Shown here: positions 12,097 through 25,453 of the stretch, in pieces
How positions within the stretch are numbered: position 1 is the stretch's first letter
Layout of the letters: each line of letters starts with the position of its first letter
Source: Psilocybe cubensis
Lineage: Eukaryota
Direction of reading: 5' to 3'
Assembly (NCBI GenBank): GCA_017499595.2
Contig: CM039000.1
Location: forward strand, 310,001-374,000
Length of the DNA stretch: 64,000 nt
Program-made: the position numbers and the translations under genes
The notes under the pieces: model-generated
Told to the model about the DNA's origin: nothing
The model's database searches: none
What the model saw: the letters and a program-made list of their open reading frames with translations, nothing else

Positions 12097-15000
12097 CTAG
12101 TCCTAACTACGTACACAAAACATTTATAAAGTTCAATGTTGTAAATGTACAGATGATTTCTGTAAATTATTTGCATAAATCAAAGCCATGCAAACCGATC
12201 TGAGCTGACTTTATGGCGAGCCTGTGATTATGAGTAACAGTCGCTCACGATGTTGGCGTCTCCCGCACGCCGATTGTTGCGCACCAATGCCCCATTTTGG
12301 TGAGATGAATCCCAAAAAGAAACAGGTCCCCAATCCCAATATCCTTGTAGTCCCACCCAGGTGGTGCCTATAAAAATGAAGAAGAGTCAGCAAAAAGCTA
12401 GTACAACCCTCCGAAAGGATTACCGACTTGATAGTTGTTAGGACGAGGTTCTTTTGCCATTTTCACCCAGAAATCTAGTATCATGGCCGCTATTTGGAAC
12501 GCGAGATTTCCTCGGGTGCAAAATCCGTCTCTCTCTGAATTATGAAGTTTAATTCTTTTCGGAGGAAAGCGTAACCCTGGAAACTAGCCACAGACATATA
12601 TTAGCACGAGTCAGGAGAAAGAGAGAGCAAGAGCAGGGAACACATACAGTTATTACAAACCTGATTTCTTTTAACAGGCCGTGAGCGAACAGTCTATCGT
12701 CTGCGCCTCTAATCGTTATCTTCTGGTGACACAAGTCTGCCATGTTCACTCCTGGGTTGCCTTCCGCATCAGCAAATAGGAACTGTGTCGGATCCAAAGA
12801 ACTTCTATCTGCATGATGTTGATTGTCCTTCTCCTGAGCAGGGAACTCGAATTTTGAGAAAAATTCTGCGGGAACATCAAGCCCCAACGCTCTGAAGGAG
12901 TGTTCCAGCTGAACAATATCCAATTCTTGGAGAGGCACATCGTTTCTAGCTTCTATACCTTTAAACCCCGTGTTAATTACGTTATCGGTGAAGTTTCGAA
13001 TATACGAGCCCCTGATGTTGGTACCTGCTGCAATAAATGAGACCGATGAATACGCCCCGCCATGAAGAGGTTCTGGTGCTTGGGAACCTGATGGCGTTTT
13101 TTTGGCTTTACGCGACGAGGTTCTTTCTTTCTGGGTGCGATTGTTCATAAAATTCCCACTATAACGCTGGCGAGCATCACCGTTTTCTCGGGTGCCCAAG
13201 GAAGCAGCCGTGTCATAGGAAGAAGTAGCTGGGGAAGATGAGTGACTTGGGCTTGAGGTTTTGGGTGAGTCCACGTCACAGATATCAGGCACCCTGAACT
13301 CCGAAAACGAAGCTCGACTTGGGCCGGCAATAAGTTGTACTTCCACAGGTTGTCCACGCCTGGTATCAGGATTTGCGCATCGGACAGGGCTCATTGCGTG
13401 GAGGCGCTCGTCTCCACCAAGCTTCCGCGCTCTTGCAACAGTTGTCGAAAGCCTCATAGCAGACAATGGGCTAGCAATAGACACGGGGTACATAGTGTCG
13501 ATTTGGCCAAATTGGTTTTGCCCAATCGGAGCCGGCTAATGCGTAAAGTATGAATTGGTTTGATGAGTTCGTGACAAGGAAATAAGCTTACCTGCGCATC
13601 CCATTGTTGATTCTGCTGGTGCAGAGGTACTTCATTTGCAAGTGTAAAATTGTTTCCCATCACTCCAGGAGAAGGGGTGTTCGCAGTGTTGGACGTAAGA
13701 GAGTCATGACCATAATATCCACTGTTCCCAGCCCCAAGTGTGGCGGGACCGTTAGTGATCGAATACCCGACATCGCTGAGGGTCCTGGGATCGGAGGTCA
13801 AACTAGATACTGGGGCCGTAGCTGAGTTTTGTGCCCAACCATACGGGTCCGTCGGGATATTCACATTTCGAATGACTGGCTGACTTTGAAGAGCACCAGG
13901 AGCGAAAATAGTTTGTGGGAGGGATTGACCATCACGTGTGCCGAAGTACTGGCTAGGCGCCATTAAGCCTGCAGATGCGGAAGGTTGTACCCATCCAGAG
14001 AAGGATTCATCGGCGCCTGTCTGGGAGAAACATGTAAGGAATTGTGCGAGTTGCGCATTGAGGTCAGCCTCTGGTGCGTCATGTGTTGTAGACACATTGG
14101 AACCCGTATAACCAAAATTTTCGGTCGTATTGGCGTTGGTGTTGGCGGATGCTCCATACAGGCTGACGGCATCTGGCTGATTACAAGTTGCATGAGCCTC
14201 AGGCACTGAGGGAGGCTGCCGTTCTATGGTAAGACAGTGATGTTACGCCTGTGTGTAGAAATGGACGTACCTGTATGCCAAATTGCTGCCTATCGTCATA
14301 TACCATCTCAGTAAACGCATATTGGTCGACTAAACCGGATAAATCAGCGTCCTACAATCCCCATAAAGTAAGCCACTTTGTACAGGCAAGGAGATATAGA
14401 GCGTACTTCAGAGACCCCACTGTTTCCAGTTTGGCTGTTGGAATACTCGACTGAATACGCCATTTTTGGCGCATCAGATTGTCCTTGCTCGCCGTTCACC
14501 AGGCGCTAAGCACCATTGTACCAGTCAGTGGACATGCCAAATAAACAATCGAGAGACCAAATGACATACCGCATCATGAGTACCACCGTTTCCTTCGCCA
14601 CTCTGTTGTTTGATAATCTCCTTGAGGGAGATTACAACCTCCTACAGTGCAGGAAATTGGGTGGACCATAATATCAGCTGGCGTCCGGCTCAGCTAAAGG
14701 ATATTGGTACTAACCTCTGGTAACTTGTTATTGCGCAGGCAATTCAGAACAAATTCATAAGATACTCTATGATTGCTTAGGTCCTGAGGTTGCTACAAGC
14801 AGGTGCTTTAGACTGAGATCTGCGAGTAATACAAGAATAGAAACCCCTACCTCGATAGAGTTCCCGAGTGCTATACGAGAGTTATTGCCAAGTACCTCTT
14901 CAGAGACATCTGGGGTGTCACCGCCAGACTTTATGGTGGATATGTTGCTGGCCGGAACTCTAGGCATTGTCTGAGCGTACTGGAGTGTAATGAAGGAACA

Positions 15001-16517
15001 GAAGGGAGAGAGAGAGAGCGTACATATAATGGCAATAAATTAGTTCGCGTCCAAATACGGAACGCGACAAAGCTCAAAGCGCGTGATCTTCAATGCGTAA
15101 CGTGCTACCATAATAAAGCAGTAGGCTGGCATAAAGGGAGTGTGGGAGAGGATAAAGTTTTTGCATGGCCCGTCGTTGTTGGCGTATCGAAATGGAATGC
15201 CATTTGGCAGTGCTGGCCAGAAGGCTGCGCGGAAAAGAAATAGATAAATCGATCCTCTGTTGGATTTTCTGGAATTTCTGAGGAATTCTTGTGGTAGGAA
15301 GGCATATTTGCTGATTATCCTTTGTTTGAGATGTGGTTTAAAGAGAAAGAATGACCCACTGAGCCTCGAGGCAGCTCACCATGTTGCGTGGGATACCTGA
15401 CTCAGCGTATTGCCGTATCATGGCAAGAAGTTCATTGGGTGAATCACTGTGTTATGTTATCAAGCCTTATCCGCATTTGCAACATTGGGCCAGCAGCCGA
15501 CCCCTGAATGACTCGATCTTGACACAACCGTGCCTAAATTGTCCACAACCATTATGTTAGTTCAACAGTGGATGGACAGAACTCTCTGTGGGCCATGGCT
15601 AATATACCGAAATAGCTAGTTATGAATGTGTTTCACCTATCGTTCTGGGAACGCTTTGCCTTCATTAATACTAACCGAAGGCGGTACATGATCATCCTTT
15701 GGCCCAGTTACCCTTTGCCCTAATGCCACAGAAACATAGGGAAAACCTCTCATAGAGATGACGGGCTTCAATACGTTGGAACATTATGCGAGAGTGACAT
15801 GGACAGAGGCCTCCAGACTCTGAAAATGTATTAAGCCAAAGCGGCGGGAATATCAGGCGCTATAGTAGCTGATCTAACCCATTTGAAGGCGCTGACAATG
15901 TGCTTCAAGACGGCGCCGAGAATAAAGTGGCGGTTCCCGATGGTGGCCCGTTGCTTGCCACCTGCACGGAATTTCCAAAGGATAGATTTTGACAAAATGT
16001 TTTTGCATAGATTTTTGTGACGAGAAATACTTGTCAAAAAAAAGGTCGACGATTTGCGCTACTGAAATCAGGATAACCAAATAAGGGCATGAATGAACTA
16101 TATATGGTCAAGTTAATTTACGATGAGGTCCAAGCAAAGAAGAATGAGCGCCTAACCATTTGTAAGGATAATGTATGACAAGTCATTATGGTAAAGTTAC
16201 ACTCTCTGATGTTATACTACAACACCCACGTACTGCGTTGGACCGCCTGCCGCCCGCACCATTTATATTACACCAAAAAAATCCCGTCCGGTGTGTGTAT
16301 GGCCAAAAACAACGAAGGAAGGCCATGCACGGACCCACAGAAATGAGATGCGCCACATTCTCTTGTTATAGTCAGACGCTGGCCTGAAAAGAAGCAGGAA
16401 GCAGGACAATTGGGCGTTGGCTGACGTCGGACAGTTGTGATCGAGACCGAGAGTCCTAGAAAGGAAAGAAAATGACAACCTAGCCAGGACACACAAAAGA
16501 ATAGGCTAAAACATAAT
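12097..16517 (-). repeat. Copy 1 of ~4.4 kb inverted segmental duplication (partner 44641-49057)
   Basis: Reverse complement aligns end to end with 44641-49057. Outer boundary is sharp at CTAG 12097; inner boundary fades near ATAAT 16513-16517. Confidence 0.97.
12245..14967 (-). CDS. Uncharacterised nine-exon protein (~745 aa) with a C-terminal Agaricomycete-type domain (recalled as DUF6741-like), copy 1
   Basis: Exons join in frame from MPRVPASNIS to ...GHWCATIGVRETPTS-stop; splice sites shared with copy 2; synonymous differences between copies in exon 3 support coding. Confidence 0.85.
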
Positions 16518-17051
16518 GAAAATATTATATCCCAGCGCCGTAACGTATGCGGCATCGCCCACGACCTCAAAATTGGATAGAAAGTGATAGACAGTTATAC
16601 AAAGTTTTACATTTTCCTAATTTTCTTTATTATTGAAGAATTATAATCACCGTTTTTTCTCTTTCTCGAATTCCTTTCCCGGTCAGACTTTATCATCATC
16701 GCTTCAATCTTTGGGATGCCAGACCAAATAGCGCAGGGCATATGTTTTCGATATATTTACTAGTTCCTCTTTCGATAATTCGAGCACTTTTTGCAAAGGC
16801 TAGAAAAGTACGGTGCCAGCCTTTATCGATGTCGTATATGTCTACCAAGTTGTCGAAGAAGACAAGTGCAGCTTCTACAGGTGTTCTCTTCAACACCCAT
16901 TTCACCCGAAAATCTTGAATATGCCTGCAATTTATATTATCTAAACTGTGTGACGAAAGCAGTAATAAAAATATGTGCACAGAAAATAGCGTAAGTAAAA
17001 TCATTACAGAACGAGAAAAGAAAGCATAGTCGCCTGCTTTCAAAAACCAAT

Positions 17052-20000
17052 TCATTTCTCCGGCGTGGAAAGCCCCTCTTCACGGTACTTGTCCGCAAGC
17101 TCTCCAATTAGCTGGAGGGACATTAATCTCAAAAAGTCAGGATCATTCCTGGCCTCAAACTGCCGCATTTCATCAGCATTCTCTGCGCTGAGGTTTTTCA
17201 CCAGAATACGGTATTGCAGTGCCAGTGCTGGATGTTTGGCCTGCGCTTGTTGGGCGAGTGCTTTGATACGGTCGCGTGCATCGGCAGGTTCATGTTCTGG
17301 GGATGGGGATGGGGGTGGTGGTTGGGTAGCGGCTGGCGCGTCTCCATCCTGTTCATCCTGTTCATCCTCTTCCCCATCGGGGAAGCGCGAGAGATCTTCT
17401 TGCTTGATTTGTTGAGTTTGCTGACTGGGTTCAAACTCGTCGTCAGCTTCATGATCTTGCTCGTTTTCGGCAGGTTCATGTTCTGGGGATGGGGATGGGA
17501 GTGGTGGTTGGGTAGCGGCTGGAGCGTCTTCATCCTGTTCATCCTCTTCCTCCTGTGGCTCCTCTTCCCGATCGGGGAAGCGCGAGAGATATTCTTGCCT
17601 GATTTGTTGAGTTTGCTGACTGGGTTCAAACTCGTCGTCAGCTTCATGATCTTGCTCGTTTTCATGATCACTCGCATGTTCGTTTTCAGACGACAGCCGT
17701 TGCGGCGCAGCATCACCCTTCTCCTCGTCGGTATGCACATACATATCGTCGTCGTCGTCATCTTGATCCATGACGTTTCGATCCTGCGCGGCAGGACTAT
17801 CATCTATATCCATCGGCACGGCGTCGCGCGGGTGGGGAGTAGGAGTGACAGGAATCTCCCTGGACAGCAGACTCTGTCTGGTCCGACCACCACCCCCATG
17901 CTGACTCGGCGGAATGAATACACCGCTGGCACGACGCTGTTCACGCTCGATCGCCTCTTTCTTGCGCCCTTGTCGAACAAGTCTCGCGAACTGCCCCGCG
18001 CGGGAGGAGCCGGGCGGGGAATAATCAGATACCACCTCCTCATCTGTAAGAATAGGCTTGATGTTGAGACTTGGCCGTTTGCTTTTGCTCTTGCGGGGAG
18101 AGCTGCGGGTACTGCTCTTCCCACTAGCCTTGCCAGCGATAGAGACCCGCTTCACCAGTCCATAGGGCACATCGTTATCCGAGTCATTTCCACCATCCTG
18201 ACCAGCGAAGAAATTAATCCGCGCATACAGCGCTTTTTGTTTTTCCAGCATCTCCTGTTGCAACTGATCCATATCTCGGCGGAGCTGCTTCAAAAAGAGC
18301 TCCGTCTTCCTGAGGCTCTTGGTCTTTTTGAACGCCTCCTCGACATCCTCAATGGGGAATCCGTAGTCCTCCACCATCTTCTGCAGAGCATCAGCTGTAC
18401 TCTCAGCTGCAGCGAGCAAAAATTCTCTCGTATCATCATCAGGCAAGTCGAGTTCAGAGATAGACTTGCGCAGCGAGTTCGACTTGCGCGAATGGTCCCT
18501 CTTCGGGCTCAGAGACAGCGAGCCGCGCGAGCTGAGCACAGAGCTTGGACGGGACGCGCGCGCCTGGTTGTTCGCTAGCCGATGCCGCTTCAGCAGCGCC
18601 TTTTGGTGGAGGTCGATGCGGCGTGTTTCCCCAGGACTCTCATTCTCGTCACCAATAACATAAGACTCGTCAGCGGCGCGAGCTTTTCCAGCAGCTTTCT
18701 CTGAAACACGGTACTGTTGCTGTTTTAGTTGCTGATTCTTGGCAGTGAATGGATCGGCGTCAGAAGAAGGTTTAGAGGGCAGACTATATTGGCGATGGTC
18801 GGCGCGAGTGCGAGTGGTCGAGGATACAGTTGTGGTGATTTCATTGTTGATTTTGCTGATGGATGGTTTCAGCACCGGGGACGAAGTGCGGCCTTGTTGT
18901 TTAGCACTCAAGATAACACTTTGCTGCATGTTGGTAGAAGATCTTGAATTAGCTGTATCACCGACACCAGGTTGTTTCGTCGGCGAAGATCGATCCGACA
19001 CGTCATTGCCAAGTGAAGGCTCAGAGTAGGTCCGCGGGATAACGGCGGGAGCGTCGGCGGCGGAAATGGTAGGAGACAGCATCGTTTTGGAAGAAGATGC
19101 TACTGCATTCACTTGAACAACTTGTTGGGGGCGAGTGAAAGTGGCAGCTTCGGAGGCTTGCTTCGCAGCATCGCGCTCCTTCTTGCTGCGCTTGGGGGGC
19201 CATGGGCGGGCCTCTTCTTCGTCGTCGTCGTCGTCGTTGTCGACACGAGCGCGACTGCGCTTAAAAGTAGTCCGAAAAGCACCTTCCTCCAGGACTGGCA
19301 ACTTTTTTGTAAGGGGGACTGTCTGTGCGGCAGATTGTCGTGGAGGGTTTGGCGGCGACTCCGAAGGGGTTTCGAATGGATCTTCTTTATGTTGCTTCAG
19401 CCGAGGTCGAGGGCGTTGGGCAGGTTTTAAACGACTTCTTTTAGCTTCTGAAGCATCTAGCACTGGATAAAGCACTCGTGGTTGGACGTCGAAAGCGCCT
19501 GGTAACTGTGGTTTGGGATCATCAATCATATCTTCCACGCTAGGGTAAATATTAGGGCTTTAAACATCCTTTTAGCACAGTAGTGATGCTATAATGTAAC
19601 AAAAAAGGCGTACACGGGCTGGTGCTCCTGAATTTCAACGTCGCTGTGTGCGTCCTCGTTTGGGCCTGCCACGACGCTCGATCTGTGGAGATAGTAGGTA
19701 TGTTGATGATTTGAAAAGTAAGAAGTTGATTTACCTCGTAGGATTGATTTCTTCTTCCCGAGTTCCTTCCTCCTCTTCCTCCTCCTCCTCCTCAACATAC
19801 GAGCCAAATAATTCAATCATTTCGTTTTCAGAGAGCTGTTGCGCTGATTCGTCGCCCAACACATGTTGTTCATCCTCTGTCTCCAAACGTTCATCTTGTT
19901 TTTGTTGTATTACGGGTTCTGCTGGTCGTGATGAGGGTTTCTGTTTGGACGAAGAACCTTTCGTGCGAATGTCACCCGTTGACGCCGCCGGGGCCGCCTG

Positions 20001-20724
20001 TGATCTCGCATGTGAGGCAGATTTCGACTTCGACGCGGCGGGTTTGGTTGTTTTCTCTGTAGTTTCTGCATAATTTGTAGTTCCCTTGCCTTTTAACTCC
20101 TTTGATGAAGAGGTTTTCGCGCCTTCCTCCCGCGTCGACGTGATTTTCTGGGCCCTTGCATCCGAAGTAGGTTTTGGCGGCACAGTATTCAGCTCCTCTG
20201 GCTCTCGTTTCACAGTGACCTTGGCCGATCTGCCATTGGTAGCAGATATTGCATTCTTTGTAAGATTCATGTAAAAAATCAGATATTCAATTGCGTAAAA
20301 ACGAAGGGCACACCTGCTGCTCTGGCTCCTCTTCCTCCTGGTCCCCCGCCTGCTGAATCGATCTAGCCCGCGTTTCCTGACGTTTACTCCTCTGGTACTT
20401 TTTGATTTTGTTATCAAACAACTCTTGATTCTTCTTGTAATGTTCTCGCCAGGACATCCATGAATGCCGCTTGGCCCATGGCCATCGATTTCCTGCCTAC
20501 TTGTTGTGTAAGCCCTGTCCTGGAAACAGGGCAAAGAATGGCTCACATTTTCGACCAGTTGTTGATAAAGCTTGTTTCCCAATCGGTTTTTAGGTACGGG
20601 CCTCTCTTCTGCGATGTATTGCACTAAATTCTGCTCATCTTCTTTGGAAAATGGCGTCCTGGAAGAGAGGATCGTTACAATTGTGCTATACAGTTCAATA
20701 GAATTCATATACATACTTGGACAT
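17052..20724 (-). CDS. Protein with an N-terminal Rap1-type Myb domain and a long disordered/acidic tail
   Basis: Spliced N-terminus MSKTPFSKEDEQNLVQYIA...RLGNKLYQQLVEN...WPWAKRHSWMSWREHYKKN matches the Rap1/TERF2IP Myb pattern; >800-codon last exon ends at 17052; no BRCT seen. Confidence 0.82.
17281..17663 (-). repeat. In-frame intragenic tandem duplication, two units of ~186-197 bp
   Basis: ENEQDHEADDEFEPSQQTQQI.QE.LSRFPD.EE...EQD.DAPAATQPP.PSPSPEHEPA occurs twice; DNA nearly identical apart from a short indel. Confidence 0.95.
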
Positions 20725-22036
20725 TGAAGGGGAATCGGGTCTCCAGCAGACAGCAGAAGCCGGCGACAACAAGCATGAATCACTGTTGGTAGTGTCAGTG
20801 TTGTTCAAGATCGGGCACAACAGCACGTCAGTCACGTCACAGCTATTGTGTGCACGTGATGGCGTAGTCACAGTCTATGGCTGAGTAGTTTTGAGTCACG
20901 CAAATGTCTTTTCTTTTCTATCTTTCACTCAAATTTTCATCCCGGTTTTCACCGTGTCAAATCTCTACCAAAACACGGTATCTGGTATTTCCTGCTTTTT
21001 TGCTTTATTTTCATCATATCTTTTGACAATGACAACGAATATCTTTCTGATCTGTGAACTGCGAGTGCGAAGTTCTCGCGTTCTCATCAACGTCCTGGCG
21101 CCTGCTGTTAAATCACCAATCATCGGGTCGCAATTAGACCTTTAACTCTTTGAAATTTCCTATCCTTTTTCCGCCTCCTTGATGTTTCTCTGGTGCAATT
21201 TATTGCGTAAATTGTTCAAGATGGAGTTCACCTGATCCTCAGCATGACGACTTGCTTTGATCGCACTTGCACTTCCAAAATTTTCGACGTGACTACAAGC
21301 AGGCCTAGTCCCAATCTCAGCTGGCACTTTCTGGAGCTCCGAGAAATCGTTTTTGTTGAACTGGGCGCTCAGACCTCGGATTCCATTTCCCCGAGGATGT
21401 GATGTGACTGACTGTGGGCATCAAATCGCAGTGGTTCCACCAAACTGCTTCTTTGAAACTTCAGTCATCATCGGAACCTGCAAACGGTCTGATCCTACCT
21501 ACGCCTGACCCCTTTCAAATGCAAACGTGCCGTGGCAACTCACCATCACTGTATAAAGAAAGGTGGACCGTGATTCGTTCACCGTGGCTGGGATTCTTTG
21601 GCAGGGTAGATTACCGGTAACCTTGCAACATCGGCATTGTGTATTCACGCTACAGCACTGTCGGTAGCTCACCTGCTTCGCACCGTCAATCTGTCTCTCG
21701 ACACATCGTCCATAAAGAAACCGCGTATGAACGTGGGCATTGAATACGATAAAACCAGTTACACAAAGTCTTTCTCCGTCCAGCTTGGCGCTTCATACTT
21801 CTTTATCAGTGACAGGTCTTCGTTGACCTTCATGCTCCATTCACTACTGGATCATAACTTTATTTTACACTATGGCTTGGCGTCCACGAACCCCTGTACT
21901 CCTGGAACCTTCAAATATGACTCTAGAAGTGGAGTCTCACACATATATAAAGCTCCTGTGGACATTTCAATGACGCACAAACACAGGCTCCCCGGCCGCT
22001 GAGCGCTACTACAATCCCCATATCCCACAGTAAGGT

Positions 22037-24974
22037 ATGACATACTCAGAAAGAGACTCTCTGCTCCAATCCCCAGCGTCAAGGACTGCTGTTGCTGCAA
22101 GGCCAAAATATGGATTGGACTTTAGCACACCGACGCAGTCTATGTCATCCTCTCTTGGACCTCTTGAAATATCTTCAGGTGCTCGTCGTCGAATTCTCGT
22201 AGGAATCTGGCTAAGCCAGTTTCTTTCCGTGCGTTTATATTTACTTGGAAGCAATGCTCTTCACCGACACCCTGGCACCCTTATCATTGACAGGCTCTCA
22301 ATTGTCCGTACTTATTGATTCACCGACGTGTTTAATGTTAAACTGACTTGACACTTACACCTATAGTGACATTGGTCCCAACGAGTTCGTCTCGTGTCAT
22401 CTGATTATTTAGAGATTCTCATGCCTCGTTTCTATTCAGTGCTCCCCTCAATATCTTCTGAGTTCCAAAAATCAAACGAAGCCAGCTGGGTCGGCACCTC
22501 GTACGTGCAACAACATTTTCTCCATCGCACCAAGATATCCTGAAATCCAGAGTACCGTCCAGATATTTATTAGCTACATGCACATTCACGCCGCTATACG
22601 GACGTCTCAGCAATGTGATGGGCAGGAGCGGTGCTAATCAGTCCGCTGTCCTGTTTGCGATGATAGGCATCTTCGCATGTGGGTTTTCCACCAGTATGCA
22701 AATGCTCATCGCCTCAAGATTTGTGCGTTGCCCTACTCTCATACCTCTGTTTTGCTTTCGTCATGAAAGCTGGATGGCCCATGATCTTTTTCTCATGTAT
22801 ACTCAAAGATTTCGGGGATGGGAGGCGGTGGAATATTTACTACCTCATCGTAAGCTGTCATTATTGCTCTGATTTCTTGTTGAACTTATACGGAACAACA
22901 GGATCATAACGAGTGATATGTATAGCTTAAGGGTATGTATTCAGCGTGGAATACTCTAATTAAGTCCCATCCATTGAACATTTGTCTACCATCTGCCACT
23001 TTCACCAGTCTCGCGGATATATTCAAAGCATAGGAGGTATATTCTACGGCGTAAGTGTCATGATCACTCCCGCTTGAATGACAGCAAGTATTTACACATC
23101 GTAAATCAGCTTGGCATGGGGTTAGGAGGACCCATCGGAGGTTTGATAAATGACTGGTACATCAGAATCTTCTCTCTACGCTCAGTGGCAAAATAATTAA
23201 TCTTCTTTGACGCCAGGCTTGGTTGGCGATGGGCGTTTTTATTCCAAATCCCGCTCTTCACCTTCGCTCTCATTTTGACGACATGCAACCTGACCTATGT
23301 GGTTCCGGTAAGTCTCAAAACAGTATTCGCACCCAGTAATAGGTCTCATGGACTCGATGCAATCAGGGTGCAGGAAGAAGTGCATCTGACATCCTTAAGA
23401 GGATCGACTATGGCGGAACCTTAAGTCTTTTAGCAACTGTAAGTTTAACATACACTGTCTTTGACTTTTACCCTGGCTGATAGACGGGGATTAGGTTGGC
23501 TCATTCCTTCTTTTCCTGAGCATGCGCTTCAGTGAAGGCCTCCCAGTGAGTTTTCCAAGCCAAACAACCCGACTTCCCTTCTACCCCGAGGCTACAACCG
23601 ACTTCTGACAATTCATTCTGTCTGTTAACAGTTAGAAGACCCGTCAGTCTGGATTCCTCTGGTCGCAGCAATTGCATTTGCCGTCGCATTTGTTGTCATC
23701 GAAATCTACGTTGCAGTCGAGCCCATCCTTCCCCCGTACCTTCTGCGCCAGAAGGTCCCCGTCCTAGTTGGCCTCAGCAATGCACTTGTAGCTGTGTGCA
23801 ATCTCTCGGTGACATATTTCTTCCCGACGTGGTTCCAGACTGTTATGCTCTCCTCGGCTTCGACTGCAGGTACGTGGATTGCTTGTTGCGGTGATCAATC
23901 GCATGTTTACTTGTACTGTCTAGGACTCCATCTCCTCCCAAACAGCGTTTGCATTTCAGGAGGATCTTTCTTTGCAGGGTATGTGAATTTAATTTTACGG
24001 GCTTGATCATGGTTCTGACACGAGTAGTTGGATGATGCGTCGACATGCAAAGTACAAGACCATGAATGTCGTCTTCGGCATTCTTCCCTTTATTTCTGCG
24101 GTACTCATGACCCAAATGAAGGGAAATTCGAATGCTGCGCACTTATGGCTCACTATTGTATGTAGTTTCCGTTACTTTCACAGTATAGCTCCTATATTGA
24201 AGTGTTTTATTACAGATGCCTCTTGGATTCGGAAACGCGGTTGTCCTCCAGACAATGTACAGTAAGTGGCTACATTAGCGCATACATTTACCCCAATCAA
24301 CTCACAGAAAATTGAAGTCGCTTTGGTATCACATTTACCTGACTCCCAAATGGCAGTCGGGACAGGCTTTGCGCAACTTCTTCGAGGTTTAGGTGCACAT
24401 TCCTTTCCCTTATCATTATTATCGACATATCTCAACACCTAAACCATTTCCAACATTGTAGGTCAGGTCGGAGGACTAGCATCTGCATCCGCCGTCTTCC
24501 AGTCGAGATTAAATACAGAGCTTCATGCTCGTCTACCTGAGGAATCAGGAGAGGTATATATCCATCTCTATATATGTCAATGCACATAGAGGACTGACAT
24601 TTATCCAGCTCATTAAAAAAATCCAACACTCCGCTAAGCTAGTGGCAAATCTACCTCCCGAAATCCAACGGATCGCAAAAGATTCCTACGCCGCGAGTCT
24701 TCAATCAGTATTTATCCTAGCAGCAACAGCCTCTCTTCTCGCATACCTCGCTCGTCTTCCTGTAAGCATACGCTTGTGCGTTCGTACAGATATCGTAATC
24801 GTTCTGAATTTTCCCTACTTCAATTAGATTCCGGATAAAAACTTGGCAGAGGAACGACCTTTGGGCGCTGAATCTGACGGCTCTTCCGTGTCTGACACGT
24901 CTTCTACATTTGAAGAGATCAGGGACGACGAAGATAAAATTGTGCGGCCTCGCCATCGCATGGCCTCCCCATAA
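22037..24974 (+). CDS. MFS transporter, DHA2/Vba (vacuolar basic amino acid transporter)-like, very intron-rich
   Basis: Spliced motifs ISSEFQKSNEASWVGTSYLLATCTFTPLYGRLSNVMGR, GMGGGGI, GGPIGGLIND.LGWRWAFLFQIP, RIDYGG; ends RMASP-TAA 24974. Confidence 0.92.
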
Positions 24975-25453
24975 TGAATCAGAAGGGAATCTGTGTCTCG
25001 AGGGCCCGATAATTTACATTTTACCTTTCAAATTCGTAGTTCGTTTTATTTATTCGGGGATGAGAGGGTGTGTTCGAAAGTTATTTGAGTTTGGAGTTTA
25101 GAAATTCAGTTGTCGTTCATTTATTTCCTGTAGTAATGATCTAGAAATGGGATATTGTAATCGTAGGAGTCGTAGGATTCCTTCCGAAATACGTCGTTGA
25201 AGCCCCTATCCGTATGGGTGGTCGGAGCTTGTCGGACTATTGTCGGACGTTAAATTCAACATCAGCGATCTCGCGCTTTTCTTTGACACCTCTTTGAATC
25301 TTCACCCAACCATTACGTTCATGCTCATTCTTCAGTATTTGTAGGTTCTCTGCGGACAATACTCTATTGAGCATACATTCACAGCGAATAGACGAACAAG
25401 AGTGTCGCAATCCTTCGATCGCTGCCTATTTCGACAGTCCCCGTTGTCCAAGG

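Noticed and set aside
17214-18578. 454 aa plus-strand ORF
   Set aside because: Antisense shadow of the low-complexity, repeat-containing exon of the Rap1-like gene; implausible composition
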